64,000 bases of DNA from Leidyana gryllorum EB-2025a (taxonomy: Eukaryota > Protista > Apicomplexa), in the NCBI GenBank assembly GCA_048772705.1, contig JBLWGC010000230.1, positions 310,001 to 374,000 on the forward strand, given 5' to 3'. Below, one piece after another: positions 45,905-57,304 of the stretch. Within the stretch, counting starts at the first letter, position 1. Each line of letters starts with the position of its first letter. The translations under genes and the position numbers were made by a program. The notes under the pieces are model-generated. The model saw nothing but the letters and a program-made list of their open reading frames with translations. It was not told the DNA's origin and ran no database searches.

Positions 45905-47041
45905 TTACTCAGAATCAGTGTCGCGATCACTGTATCCTCCGCCCAGTGACATTCCTTGCATCTTGAAACGCATTCTCGACTCTGTAACCTCTTCTGGACT
46001 CGGTATAGAACTCGAGGCACCCGCCCGCTCGACTGGAAATCAAACGTAACTGTACAAACAAACGAACGAACACACGCACGCACACACGCTCGATCGATCG
46101 ATGTTTCGCTCACCCGCTAATGTCCCCGCGACACTCGCATATTCTGCCGCTCTCCGTAAAGAGTCTCCAGCCAAAATGCGTACAACGAAGGCTCCAATAA
46201 AGGCGTCGCCAGCGCCTGTGGTGTCGACAACTTGTACTCTTCCGGCTGCGACGTTGAATATGTCATCATTTTGAACATCCAGCACCGTAGATCCGTCCGC
46301 GCCGCGTGTGAGGACAACACTGCGACGTATCCCCCGACGTTTCAGCTGTTCGCAGGCGTCAGCTGCAGCCTGTTTCGAGTCGACTTTTATTCCTGTGAGG
46401 CCCTCAGCTTCGACCTCATTGACAATAAGGTAATCAATTAGTGGATACAGAGAGTTAGGTAACTTATACACCGGAGCAGCGTTCAGGAAGACTGGCACCC
46501 CACGGCTATGAGCCAATTCTGCTCCCGCCACAACGGTCTCAAGACTCAATTCCAATTGCATCAATAACGCAGACGCATTGCAGATACACTGCCGCCAGTC
46601 GGGCGCGGCTACCAAGTCTGGGGTCACCATTGCATTAGCCCCAGCGGCGATCACAATACGATTCTCGCCAGTGGAACGGATAACTTGTATCAATGCCGTA
46701 CCCGACGGTCCCGCCACAGCTTTTAAGTGACTCTCGTCTACATTCGTACTCTGCAGTGCCCGCCGCAACATGATCGAGTTGGGATCATCACCACAGGCAC
46801 CCAGCATAGTCGCCTACATATTCATAGCGTCTTAACACACCGCCTTCGCGAGCCTCGCAGTTCCTACCCGCACTTCATTCGCGCATCCGAGCTTCGAACA
46901 TGCGACGGCTTGATTGAGGCCTTTTCCTCCAGCGGCTGACAGAAATAGACCACCCGACAGGGTTTCGCCTGGCACGGGAATCCGCGGCACATAAAATATC
47001 AGGTCAGCATTCAGACTGCCCAATACAACAACTCGCTTCAT
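45905..47041 (-). CDS. Ribokinase (PfkB family)
   Basis: VVVLGSLNADL, PGET, GGKGLNQAVA, GENRIVIAAGAN, NEVEA, DTTGAGDAF; removing intron 46033-46113 restores VERAGASSSIP; first intron at ~46815-46868. Confidence 0.93.
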
Positions 47042-47072
47042 TATATCAGATGCAACGTGACACAAAAATCTC

Positions 47073-48382
47073 TCAACGAGGCATCAGAGGTACCGCCTCA
47101 CCAGTGTGCACATGTTGTGTGCCGCTAGTGGGACCTTCCAAGCATTGAGCAGGAGGCAACTTCCTGAATCCTTGCGTCTCCAGGTCAAGTGGCCAGGGGA
47201 GCCTATGGAAGTATTCATTGCTGGGCACATGCCAACGCATGATCTCATCTCCTAAACCCTCCCAACGGAGAGCGTCGAACCGATGGTCCTTCTCACCACC
47301 GCGCGGCCGATCCACCCGGAGCCTTCGGGGCGACTGAGACGCTAACTGACGAGCTGTGAGCTGAGGTGTCTCCAGATTGCTGCGAGCTGTGGAGTGTCCT
47401 GAAGCGGTCCCACTGTACATTCTACCGCCTAGACCCAACATCCCAGGACTGTCTCCGCGACTATGCAATCCACCAGCTGCGGGCGGAGGCAAGTTGCTCA
47501 GTTTTGGTATCGCCTCTGCGGTTAATCATTCGGATTCACTCGCTGTCTACCGATTAGTTGTCTCTTACCTATTGTCTCTTGTCGAACCACCTTACGCAAC
47601 TCGGGATCTTTGATGTCCATCAGACTCTCGCCCTTCTTCAAGGGGCCGGGCTTATATCCCTCGCCAGCGTCGCCGGGAGTCTCCTGAGGAGTGTATGCGG
47701 GTTCCAAGGGTTCCGGGCTTTCCTGAACAACCGGCTTCTCCTTGTCGTCCTCCTCAATGGTGTCGTCGGGTGGCTGATCCGACTCCACCGCCCGTGAATC
47801 TGTACCCTGCGCACCCAACGAGACCCCAGAAGGCGGCAATGACTCAATGAGCTCGGGATTGGCCATATGCTGTTGCAGTTCCTCACTCAAACTACCAGCC
47901 CGTTCGGCCTTCTGCTTCGCCTCGGCCTCTGCGGCCATTTTGATCTTCTCGCGCTCCGCCTTTTCTTCGGGAGTTAATTTCTCTTCTTCCTCTGGCAGAT
48001 GCATATCTTTTCCTGAAGCCCTGTTCTTGACCAGTTCCTCAATCGCCTGAGCTGTGCTCAGCACAGGAGCGTTTCCCTCTTCCTGCATATTGAACTCCTG
48101 TCTAATGGCCTCCCGCAAATCCTCCTTGGTGTCGCCTACTTCCGCTGGAGTCCATCGCTGAGAGCCACCGCCTTCACTCTGCATTCGATCTACGTGGTGA
48201 CCGTACTCCTTTTCTGACTCCAACCGAGGATTGTGGTGGTTGTTGGTCGGAGAACTGGGCTGGATCAGATCGTTCGGCGTCAATGGACTCAGTGTGCGAG
48301 ATGTCTCGCTGGTGCCACTCCGTACGGTAGGTGGCTTCCGTCCTGAGTTGTTCTGGGATCGTTTCTGCTGCTTTCGAGCCAT
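47073..48382 (-). CDS. Hypothetical, largely disordered E/P-rich protein, 2 exons
   Basis: ORFs 47522-48406 and 47073-47492 join in phase via GTAAGA...CCGCAG (~47516-47568). Confidence 0.7.
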
Positions 48383-48828
48383 ATCCTTCAAGTTCAAACT
48401 GCACAAGTAACTACTTTGGCAAAAATGTGCTGTGATCTGGTCGCATGTCTATCACTACTCTGACACATTACATCCCAAATAACCAAGTTTCGAAAAAAGT
48501 CCGATGGGTCCGTGTCTTATTCACCCCAATTGCGGCCATCCCAGAGCTAGCAGATTGACTCACGACACCGACAAGTATCGCCAAGTGGGCAGTAACGGGT
48601 GTTTGTGTGTGTCTCCCTGCCGTGTGTGGAAGGTAATCCTGCTGACAATCTCTTCCCATTGATGTGTGAAATACTTGGAGATCTGATTTAATGAGTGTCA
48701 AGATTGCATCTGTTCAGAGTTTTGAGAGGGGCGAGAGACGGTGTGTGTGTGGAAGGGAGGATACACAGATCCATTTTGCCTGGTCCACCAAGCCCCATTT
48801 TTTACATCATGAATACTTTTTGGCACTG

Positions 48829-49731
48829 ATGCCACCGCGAATCCACATCGCACACCTCCCCCCCGAACTGCTTATTTCCATTCTACAATATGTACAAATA
48901 GTCGATATTGTAAAGCTGGGAGCCACCAATCAATATTTTCATTACACACTACATGGTGAGACAGTGTGGCCCCACATTCTCTCTTACGACCCTGCACGAC
49001 CACTCATGCTCAGAGACATTAGTGGTCGTCTGCGGTCTAATTACATCACTCGAGCCAGCAAGCTGGACTCTTCGGACGAAAACTGGCAGCAAAATCTACC
49101 TTGTCCGGGAAGCACATTCGGTACTGTCTCACAAATAGTCCACCCCTGGTGGGTAGATGGAGCAATCAAGATACGCGATGTGGTTCCGGGCGAATATGCC
49201 ATTGTGTGGCGGGTGGGGAGCTATAATCACGAATCTGTTCGCATGTTCGTGGGGGCGGTTCCGCGCTGTGCTGGTGCTGAAGCCAGTATTCAGAAGCGCG
49301 GAAGCCGAGGATTTTTGAAAGCACTGAGCTCGCCGAAAAACGCCAGCCAAAAGGAGCTTACACCATATCTATGTGCCGACTCACGCATCGTCCAAACCCC
49401 TGAAAAATTCTCTGTGCTCACCACTGCTGGGCAAGGTACTTGGAGCTTTGTAGTGTTGAAAGAGGCTTTCCCCGTGTTCACTCTATCAGATGTGTGGACG
49501 GGGAACCTAATGACCGATGCTCCTGATTTGATTCTAGATTGTGTGCGGCTGGTTCCTTTGTTTGGGGGCACAACACCTATGCAGGACCCCACAGTGCGTG
49601 AATTACTCGAACTGGAGGGAATAGCTATAAGAGATCATCTACCTGGAAGCGAAGGATACAGACGGTTCAATAACGACGTTGTCGCAATAAGACGGGGTTT
49701 TGGCATAGAAATGGACGAAGACTTCCGGTGA
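48829..49731 (+). CDS. F-box protein with a PP2/Nictaba-like C-terminal domain (paralog 1)
   Basis: F-box IAHLPPELLISILQYVQIVDIVKLGATNQYFH; STFGTV...WW...VVPGEYAIVWRVG...ILDCVRLVP. Confidence 0.75.
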   Translation: MPPRIHIAHLPPELLISILQYVQIVDIVKLGATNQYFHYTLHGETVWPHILSYDPARPLMLRDISGRLRSNYITRASKLDSSDENWQQNLPCPGSTFGTVSQIVHPWWVDGAIKIRDVVPGEYAIVWRVGSYNHESVRMFVGAVPRCAGAEASIQKRGSRGFLKALSSPKNASQKELTPYLCADSRIVQTPEKFSVLTTAGQGTWSFVVLKEAFPVFTLSDVWTGNLMTDAPDLILDCVRLVPLFGGTTPMQDPTVRELLELEGIAIRDHLPGSEGYRRFNNDVVAIRRGFGIEMDEDFR

Positions 49732-49760
49732 CCACACACGTGTGTTATATCCACTGCATT

Positions 49761-50639
49761 ATGTTCTCTATCGTACGAATCAGCCTGCTGCGGATGCTAT
49801 CCTTCATAGATTGGCCCACCCTGGAAAATTATTTAAGTACCTGTCCTGAAGTACGCCGGCTACTGGGTCAAGACCCCAATGCACATGGCTGGAAGACATT
49901 GTCACGGATCTTACAGATCCAAGTCGTTCCTGGTGTGACATCAAAAGACCAAGTCCGTCATCGATTATCTCATTATCTCACGGGAACACGCCTTTATCGT
50001 TTGGGTGATAATCTTTATCTGTTCGGTCACCAACAATCGTGTGCTTCGGCACTCAGTGGCCAGATTACACGGGATGTTTGGCCACGGGGCACTGAGACCT
50101 CCATTGAGATTCCCCATGTTCCCCCGGGACATTACATCATGACCTGGCGAGTGGCCGGGCCACCCACCAATGCTGCAGTGGCTGCCTATGTAGCAGCACA
50201 GTCGACACAGTGGGCAAGTGAAGAGGCTTCGGTGGAAGAGCTTATGCGCGAATCTCAGCCTGCTTCCTCGGTGCTGTATTTCCGCACCAGCATTCTATTC
50301 GGAGGACGGCGAGCTGGCCTGAACCTGTCCTGGGGGTACGTGATATTTCCTCATGCAATAAGCTTGGACACGCCCGGAACGGTAACTACTGGACTGGGAT
50401 GCCACAATCGGGCAGAGTTTTATATGGATAGCGTCATGATGTTTGCTGTGAATGATCGTCATTGCGCACCATCGGAGTGTCACCATTTGGACTCCTTGCT
50501 GCGTCAAGACTCGGTGCCGGCCAATCGGTACGCGGCGCATCGCATCTGGTTGCGACGAGGGTTTGGGTTGAGCCCAATCACACCTCCAAGACCGTACACG
50601 ACCCGAAGACCTCCCCGCTTTGTCCCTGATGGCGCTTGA
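49761..50639 (+). CDS. Paralog 2, degenerate F-box plus the shared C-terminal domain
   Basis: LLRMLSFIDWPTLENYLSTCPEVR; VPPGHYIMTWRVAG; WGYV; YMDSVMM; RRGFG as in paralog 1. Confidence 0.68.
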   Translation: MFSIVRISLLRMLSFIDWPTLENYLSTCPEVRRLLGQDPNAHGWKTLSRILQIQVVPGVTSKDQVRHRLSHYLTGTRLYRLGDNLYLFGHQQSCASALSGQITRDVWPRGTETSIEIPHVPPGHYIMTWRVAGPPTNAAVAAYVAAQSTQWASEEASVEELMRESQPASSVLYFRTSILFGGRRAGLNLSWGYVIFPHAISLDTPGTVTTGLGCHNRAEFYMDSVMMFAVNDRHCAPSECHHLDSLLRQDSVPANRYAAHRIWLRRGFGLSPITPPRPYTTRRPPRFVPDGA

Positions 50640-50993
50640 TTGGATGTGCCACGACGTCGAGCTTCAGTTTACGACCTGCATCTACATTCCCTCCACCATC
50701 TTTAGTTTGCTCGTCTTATCCGATGGCGTGATGAACGTTGGCGCACTGACCCGCTACTTATTTTACACTGCCTCTTTCCAAGCATTTTCTGAGAGTTCCT
50801 CTGCCGGTCCGCTGGGATGGTAGGAAGGGACACTCTCAGCGATTTGTGAATTGGAGTTTGTAGGTCGCTTTTGTCGTAGGCTGCCGATCGCGCGCATTCG
50901 AACTGATCAGTCAGAAAGCAATTCGCTCGTGCACCATCACTAGCTCGATCAATCAGGGCTGCACCCGTAAGTGGTTGGACTTTGGATTTGGAG

Positions 50994-52010
50994 ATGGCTG
51001 ATCTGTTGCTTCTCTCTGCCTACACACCATATGTCGAGGGGCAACCCCTTACAACAACTGTGACCGCCATAACCAAACGTCAACTGGCAATTCTACGGCT
51101 TTTATCAAGTCAGATTCTCAAATTTCTACCCGATTCAGATGTTTTACGGATAGTGGACTTTGAGCGTATTTGGGAAACCAAACTGGACTCGATCTGGTCA
51201 CAGTATGTCTTTCAACGATTTGAATTGCGCATTGGAGACTATGTTCCCAATCATCCTGCCCGTCATCATGTTGGACGGCTGTTGAGTGGAATGACTCGGA
51301 CTTTTACCCGATGTTTCGTTGACAAGTGGATCAGATTCTTTCGCTCTCGACAATGTGGTGGCAGCCCATTTGGACACGTTTTCACGCTCATCACTGGAGG
51401 GAATTGTTGTGTCAAGTTTGACAACGTACTACCGGGGCAGTATGCAACTGTCTGGCGAGTCGGATGGACTCGTCGATCTCCTCCAGCCAACCTGCATGCT
51501 TGGACGAGCCTCAATGATAATCTTCCGTCGGAGACCTCGGCATGGTGTGACAATCCGGTATTGCGGATATCAGAGAGCGAGCGGCAGCTTTTAGACTGTG
51601 ATGGGCCGAACGGATTCGGGAGACTTCCTCAAAGTGTATTTCTAGGGAAGGTGTTCGCAGGAGCACCGTTGAGTCGCATAGAATATCGTCCGTCCGACCG
51701 TCCAGCTTTTGAACCATTTCCTTGGAACCGACTAGATGGTGTATGGTACACAGTGATCGGGGACACTCCCCTGATTGTGAACTCTTTGAGTGACGTGTAC
51801 ATGGGCTGCGCTGTGTCTGGCAGCAAGTTAGGCCACGTGTTGGACTATGCAGGATTGCTTTGGCTGGCGCCCGTGAGCCACGAGAAGCAACGGCCAGTGC
51901 TCCTGCCAGCAGTCGCGAGTTTCGCTGGCCTTTCCGAGTCAGCCGTGCCTAACCAATTACCCATTCACGGATATAACTTCGCCTTCTCTGCTCCACCCAC
52001 CCCTTCATAA
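50994..52010 (+). CDS. Paralog 3, degenerate F-box plus the shared C-terminal domain
   Basis: QILKFLPDSDVLRI; SPFGHV...VLPGQYATVWRVG; WYTV; LSDVYMG; VLDY. Confidence 0.68.
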   Translation: MADLLLLSAYTPYVEGQPLTTTVTAITKRQLAILRLLSSQILKFLPDSDVLRIVDFERIWETKLDSIWSQYVFQRFELRIGDYVPNHPARHHVGRLLSGMTRTFTRCFVDKWIRFFRSRQCGGSPFGHVFTLITGGNCCVKFDNVLPGQYATVWRVGWTRRSPPANLHAWTSLNDNLPSETSAWCDNPVLRISESERQLLDCDGPNGFGRLPQSVFLGKVFAGAPLSRIEYRPSDRPAFEPFPWNRLDGVWYTVIGDTPLIVNSLSDVYMGCAVSGSKLGHVLDYAGLLWLAPVSHEKQRPVLLPAVASFAGLSESAVPNQLPIHGYNFAFSAPPTPS

Positions 52011-53906
52011 GCCGTCGGTGATTTGCGGACTCTTGCTCGGACTACTGCCCCCATCAGGAGGTCCGAGCATATCGAGCAGACTGGTGTCCGGCACGGTTGG
52101 CTGGAACTCTTTGCGTTCTTTGGGTGTTTGATTCTTACGCACTTTGGTTGAGGGCGAAGATGAAGAATGACCGGAAGTTAGGCGATGGGACTCTTCGTAA
52201 GAGTCTTCTGAAGACCGGCGAGAGTACTGTCTGCTTCGACGACTCCGTCTATGGTCCCTCCGACGCCTTCCGCCACGATTCTCCCGAGATGTGTGGTGGT
52301 GATGTCTTGGGGCACGCCATGAGTCCTTTGACTCTCTCATGGACTCGGACTCGGACTCATCCGAGCTCCCAGAGATGCTGGACAAACTCGACGTCTCGGA
52401 GGATGAGTAGCAACGACGTCGTCGGTGGTGGCGACGACGATGCGATGAGCGTTCTTCGACTCTGTGTCGTCTTTTCTCCTTTCGGGGTGATGCCAACTCA
52501 TATCTCGGCATCCGGGGCTGGGTATCCAGCTGCCCGGCAGTACCTCCAGCATTGTGATCCATAAAGTCTTCAGGCTCTAAGAGATCCAAGTCTTTGTCGC
52601 GACAGATCTCTCGAATCCTTCTGAGAACTTCGAGGTGACGGCCTGGTGTTGTCTGCGATCGAATGGGGCATTCCCATACTCGACGGCAATAGGACTCACC
52701 AGAGGAGCGACCCTCATAGGAGGTTCCTGTGGGGCACGAAGGAAGTCATGGAGAACTTTGATCTGACCGGTGATGGCACTCATCTCCACGTGACACTTAT
52801 ACAGTCGTCTCAAAGCTTTGGCGTCAGATTTCAAATGCGCACGCTCTGCGGTGCTCAAAAGCGTGTGGGATCTCTCACGTAAGCGTACCCATCAGAAGAG
52901 CCAAAATACTCCAGGCTCCGGATCTCCAGACGACGAGATCTGCCCAGATGCTGCGCGCGAGCTCTAAACCCACCGGGCTCAACGTGGTTGCGAAAGCCAA
53001 TTGAGCGACCGGGCGTCCCCGGAAGGTCTTCCATCCCACGAAGGTGATGATACCAAGTTGCAGAAGAGGTGTTATCTTGTTGAGATCGCTGATGTGATAT
53101 TGCCAGGATGAATAAGTTTGCTCGCTCTCACTCATAGAGTTCCTCGTCATCATAATCTTTGAAATGATCCACACTGTTGAATGTATGTATTGGGTGTCCA
53201 TTAGTCGCCTCTTCCAGTTGTGTCCGTTTGTACCGACAGTAAGCGTCCTTTGACAGCGGCGATAGTCGCCGGAGACCCAAACTGTTTCTCTCGTTTGTAC
53301 TGGTCAAACCCGCGAAGAGTTGTTGTAGATACTTGGCTACTGATCGAAGTAGCAGCACATGGTGCTCCGCTGCGTACTGATCTTACAGAAGGCACCTCTC
53401 CTTGTATTTACCATTAGGAGCCGCAATGTCGCCTTCTCGGAAGAGCTGCGCCTTCTGGATGACATGGCACTGCAAGGCCGATGAGACGATGGGGTTGCCA
53501 ACATTCAGCTCACCCGATCGTAAAACTCCTCCAACCATTTACTTGTAGTGCTCTCGGCAATCGCAACTTTGTGACATATCAGCAGAGCTTTGATAACGGT
53601 CTGCTCTGTGTTTGTCCTGGAGTTTCATTGCTGCTTACAGTCCAAGTCCAGTGTTCCGTCACTCTCTCCTCCAACATGTCGAGGGCTTGCGTACCCGATA
53701 CATCTTTGCGACAACCCAAGAGGGCCTCAATGACATCTGGACATGGATGACCAAACTGAGACTGTCTGGGGCGTTTCCACAATACCTTCTACTTGTTCTT
53801 GAGTGGGTGGGTCAGGCGTTTCAGCCAGAGCAAGACTCAGGGTCACACTGTACGAATCTGCTAAACGATTAAAGTGACTGAGAGCTTGGAGCAACAGCCG
53901 TTGCAT
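52005..53906 (-). CDS. ANTH-domain clathrin adaptor (AP180/PICALM-like), ~9 exons
   Basis: Spliced: LSLALAETPDPPTQEQVEDVIEAL...LEERVTEHWTWTTVIKALLICHKV...DAKALRRLYK; tail with DLL/SLLD motifs and an R/S/H-rich tract. Confidence 0.72.
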
Positions 53907-54428
53907 GTGTAGTGAACCCTCGGGAAATAAAATTGCCTATCAATATATCCATTTGCTAGATCCTGTCACCATGTTCCAAGGCCGTCTAGCTCGGTATCCA
54001 TAGAAACCAGGCTGCATTTGTGGGGGAGTGCCAGTCAAGAATGCCGGGGGCTCAGCAGAGGGGACGGGCAGTCTGATCAATCAATCGATCGAGCTAAACC
54101 TTAAGAATTCTTCTCACCTGGGAACCGGTCTAAATCCCTGAGGAAGTGGAAGAACTCTCCGTGCTGGTAGCTGTTTTCCCGCCAAATACCTGCGATCACA
54201 TTCGGCAATGGTTGAAAGATGATCAAGCAGGATTGAGAGAACAATAAGCTTCTAGCAGCTGAGCGTAGAGCATCAAAAGCGACATAGAGATAGCGATGAA
54301 GTCAGTTAGAGTTCGTCATTCAGAATCATCAGAATCATCACAGAACGTGTAGATTAGAGAAGAAGTTCAGAGTAAATAAGGGAAAGGAATAACGGCACTC
54401 AAAGTGTTTCACTCAGCAATAAGTTTAT

Positions 54429-56923
54429 CTAAACCCACCGGCCTCGGAAGAAACGGGAGACAAGCGCACGGATGCCACCATCCTCTTCGGTGGTCTCAGC
54501 TTCCTCTTCGGTGGTGTCGTCAGCAGAGGCAAGCACTCCCTTGACCTCTTCAGTGGTCTCTACCTCCTCTTCGGTCTCAGCGACAGCCTGGACCTCCTTG
54601 GCCTCTTCAGTGGTCTCTACCTCCTCTTCGGTCTCAGCGACAGCCTGGACCTCCTTGGACTCTTCAGTGGTCTCTACCTCCTCTTCGGTCTCAGCGACAG
54701 CCTGGACCTCCTTGGACTCTTCAGTGGTCTCTTCCTCGGTGGTCTCATCAGCAGCCTGGACCTCCTTGGCCTCTTCAGTGGTCTCTGCCTCCTCTTCGGT
54801 CTCAGCCACAGCCTGGACCTCCTTGGCCTCTTCAGTGGTCTCTTCCTCGGTGGTCTCAGCCACAGCCTGGACCTCCTTGGCCTCCTCAGTGGTCTCGGCC
54901 TCAGTAGTCTCGTCAGCAGCCTGGACCTCTTTGGCCTCTTCAGTGGTCTCTTCCTCGGTGGTCTCATCAACAGCCTGGACCTCCTTGGCCTCCTCGGTGG
55001 TCTCTTCCTCGGTGGTCTCCTCTTCCTCCTCGGGACTCAAGTCGGGAAGGGGGTACTCCTGGACCTTCTTTTGGGCTTCAGTGGTCTCCTGCGGGTCGTC
55101 CTCCTGATCGCGGCGGATCTCTTCGGTTTCAGCACCCCATTTGGGAAGATCGTCACCAGCACCTTCACGCCACGACTCAGAGCCGGCTCCACTCGGGTCA
55201 CCGACAGTCTCCTGCTGGCCACCGCCAATGCCACTGGCAGATTGTTCGGCTCCCACCTCCTGGAGGTGGCGGGCCCTCTTGGGGGCCTTCTCGGTGGTTT
55301 CAGCGGCCACTTCAGTGGTCTCGGCCTCCTTCTCATTGTTTCCGCCCAGGTTGTTCTTCATTTCCTCGACTTTGGCTTTGATCTTATGACCGGCTTCTTC
55401 AGCCTTCTCTTTGATCTTCTTGCCTGCATCGCTGATCTGGTCGCCAATATCTCCCATGAGAGCTTTGCCTTCGGTGGTCTCGGCCTCGGCCTCCTCCTCG
55501 TCGAGCTGCAGCATCGCCTTGGGGGCGGCTTCAGTAGTCTCGGCAGCTTCGGTAGTTTCGGCCTCCTCCTCGTCGAGCTGCAGCATCGCCTTGGGGGCGG
55601 CTTCAGTAGTCTCGGCAGCTTCGGTAGTTTCGGCCTCCTCCTCGTCAAGCTGCTGCATGGCCTTTGACGCCTCGGTCGTTTCGGCTTCGGCTTCGGTGGT
55701 CTCGCTACCTTCTTCGAAGATCGCTTCAGGGTCGACCATCAGGACAACCTTGATGCCGGCCTTCTGGGCAATGTTGTCTACCATATCAGTAGTTTCGGCT
55801 TCGTGCTCGGTGGTCTCAGCTTCGGATTCCTCAATCTGTGGATGACCGGGATGGTTCATAACCAAGCCCTCAGTAGGGTCTCTCACCGCTTGGAGGCGTC
55901 GGCGACGCAAATCCGGAAGATGGTCCTTGATTTCGTCTCCAAGGTCTTCACCGCTCTTGCGAGCCTTGTCGATGACCTTGTTGAGGCCCTTCTTCATCTT
56001 CTCGATCTCAGCCTTAGCCTTCTTCTTGTTCTTGCCATCAACCATCTTTTCAACTCTCTCCTCGAGTTTCTTGAGTTGCTTGGCGCGTTTGTGGATCTCT
56101 TCTTTAGCCAGATCAGTCGGAGAATCAGATCGGAAGAGACCGGCACTCTGATCTTCGTTCAAGAAACCAGCCAACAGGGAGACCTCGAGGTCATCAATAG
56201 CGAGTCCAAGGGCTTTCTTGGTCTCAGAAGCCATATCGCTGCCACTCAAAAGCTTCTCAATACGATCCTTGGCATCTTCAGAAGTCTTCAAAAAATCATC
56301 GGTACGACTGCCCTTGAAGAAATCAAAGAGGGAACGGATGTCCAGGCCACTGGTGAGATCGGAATAACGGCGTTCAGCTTTGCCTCGGAGGTTCTCTCCT
56401 TTTCCTTTGGCATCATAGTAGCCGCCGCGGGCTTCGTCAGCAGCACCCTTAGCGGAATCCTTGACGCCGCCAAACCAACTGCTTCCAGACAAGTTCTCCA
56501 ACACATCGCTGCCCTTCTTCGCTCCCTTCTTTCCGAGCTCAGCAGCCTTGTCGGCAGCAGCCTTGGCGCCCTTCTTGGCCTCGTCGTAAGCGGAGTCAGC
56601 AAACTCCTCCTTCTTGGATCGGCCGAACCATCTGCCGCTGACGTCGGTGACCTTGTTGGTGGACCATTTGTTGCCAAGAGACTCAGGGATGTCGTAGTGA
56701 CTGTTACCGAACCAGCCGCCTGACAGGTTGTTGATCAGGTCAATTCCAGAGTTCCAGTCAGCGGCAGATTCCATCAGGGCGCCCATGGCCAGAGACTGGT
56801 AGTCAAATGTCCACTCGAAAGCACAATACCACTTACTGCTGCTCCATCACCAAGGTTGGGGACATCAACTGCCGCATTGGACACCGATGCGGCGATGGTG
56901 CAAAGATAGAAAATGGAACGCAT
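54429..56923 (-). CDS. Secreted ~817-aa protein: LEA-like N-module plus acidic ETTE-repeat modules
   Basis: Signal peptide MRSIFYLCTIAASVSNA; intron 56796-56836; K/A/D/G amphipathic segments; internal RRRRLQ and RHLQE; strongly C/G-ending codons. Confidence 0.88.
54484..55025 (-). repeat. 8 plus 1 degenerate tandem 54/57-bp repeats (ET[TE]EE[xE]ETTEE[AS]KEVQA[VA][DA])
   Basis: Near-identical units visible in both DNA and protein. Confidence 0.92.
55470..55666 (-). repeat. ~2.7 x 72-bp repeats (KAMLQLDEEEAETTEAAETTEAAP)
   Basis: Direct repeats visible in DNA. Confidence 0.88.
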
Positions 56924-57304
56924 CGCTGTGATCGATCAAAATCGTGAACAAATACGTGCAACAAGGTGCAGCCCTCAGTTGCATGCTTCAAGCCCATCCA
57001 GTCCGTGCCTCGAAGGGCGCGTCATGGCGGCCAGTGTAAAAGCTCATACAGAGCGGTCCGATGTATCGAACATATTTACACACACCAAGACTTGTGTGTG
57101 GCGATGAAGTAGGGTCACATTGCCGCTTAATGGAGGATTTTCAGGAGCTATTGAGCTCCCAGCTACATCGACGGTACCATTGTTTACTTGAATGTTGCTT
57201 CATACATTGTTCTGGAGAATACATGCCAGTTGAAAGCTGGACCGGCCTATGACCCCAGTGGAGTGTGAGAAGGTCGAGTGTAATGTTTGTTGTTGACATG
57301 GAGA

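Noticed and set aside
46033-46113. (CGAT)n/(GT)n/(GTTC)n microsatellite patch
   Set aside because: Ordinary low-complexity intron sequence, like the CA tract at ~30365-30395.
40578-47041. Bacterial-like glutaminyl cyclase and ribokinase as contamination or recent HGT
   Set aside because: Both are embedded among spliced genes, the ribokinase has introns, and this QC type is already known in Apicomplexa.
54484-55666. Regular repeat array resembling CRISPR; long Ser/Val-rich plus-strand ORFs
   Set aside because: In-frame coding tandem repeats without unique spacers; the plus-strand ORFs are antisense shadows of biased codon usage.
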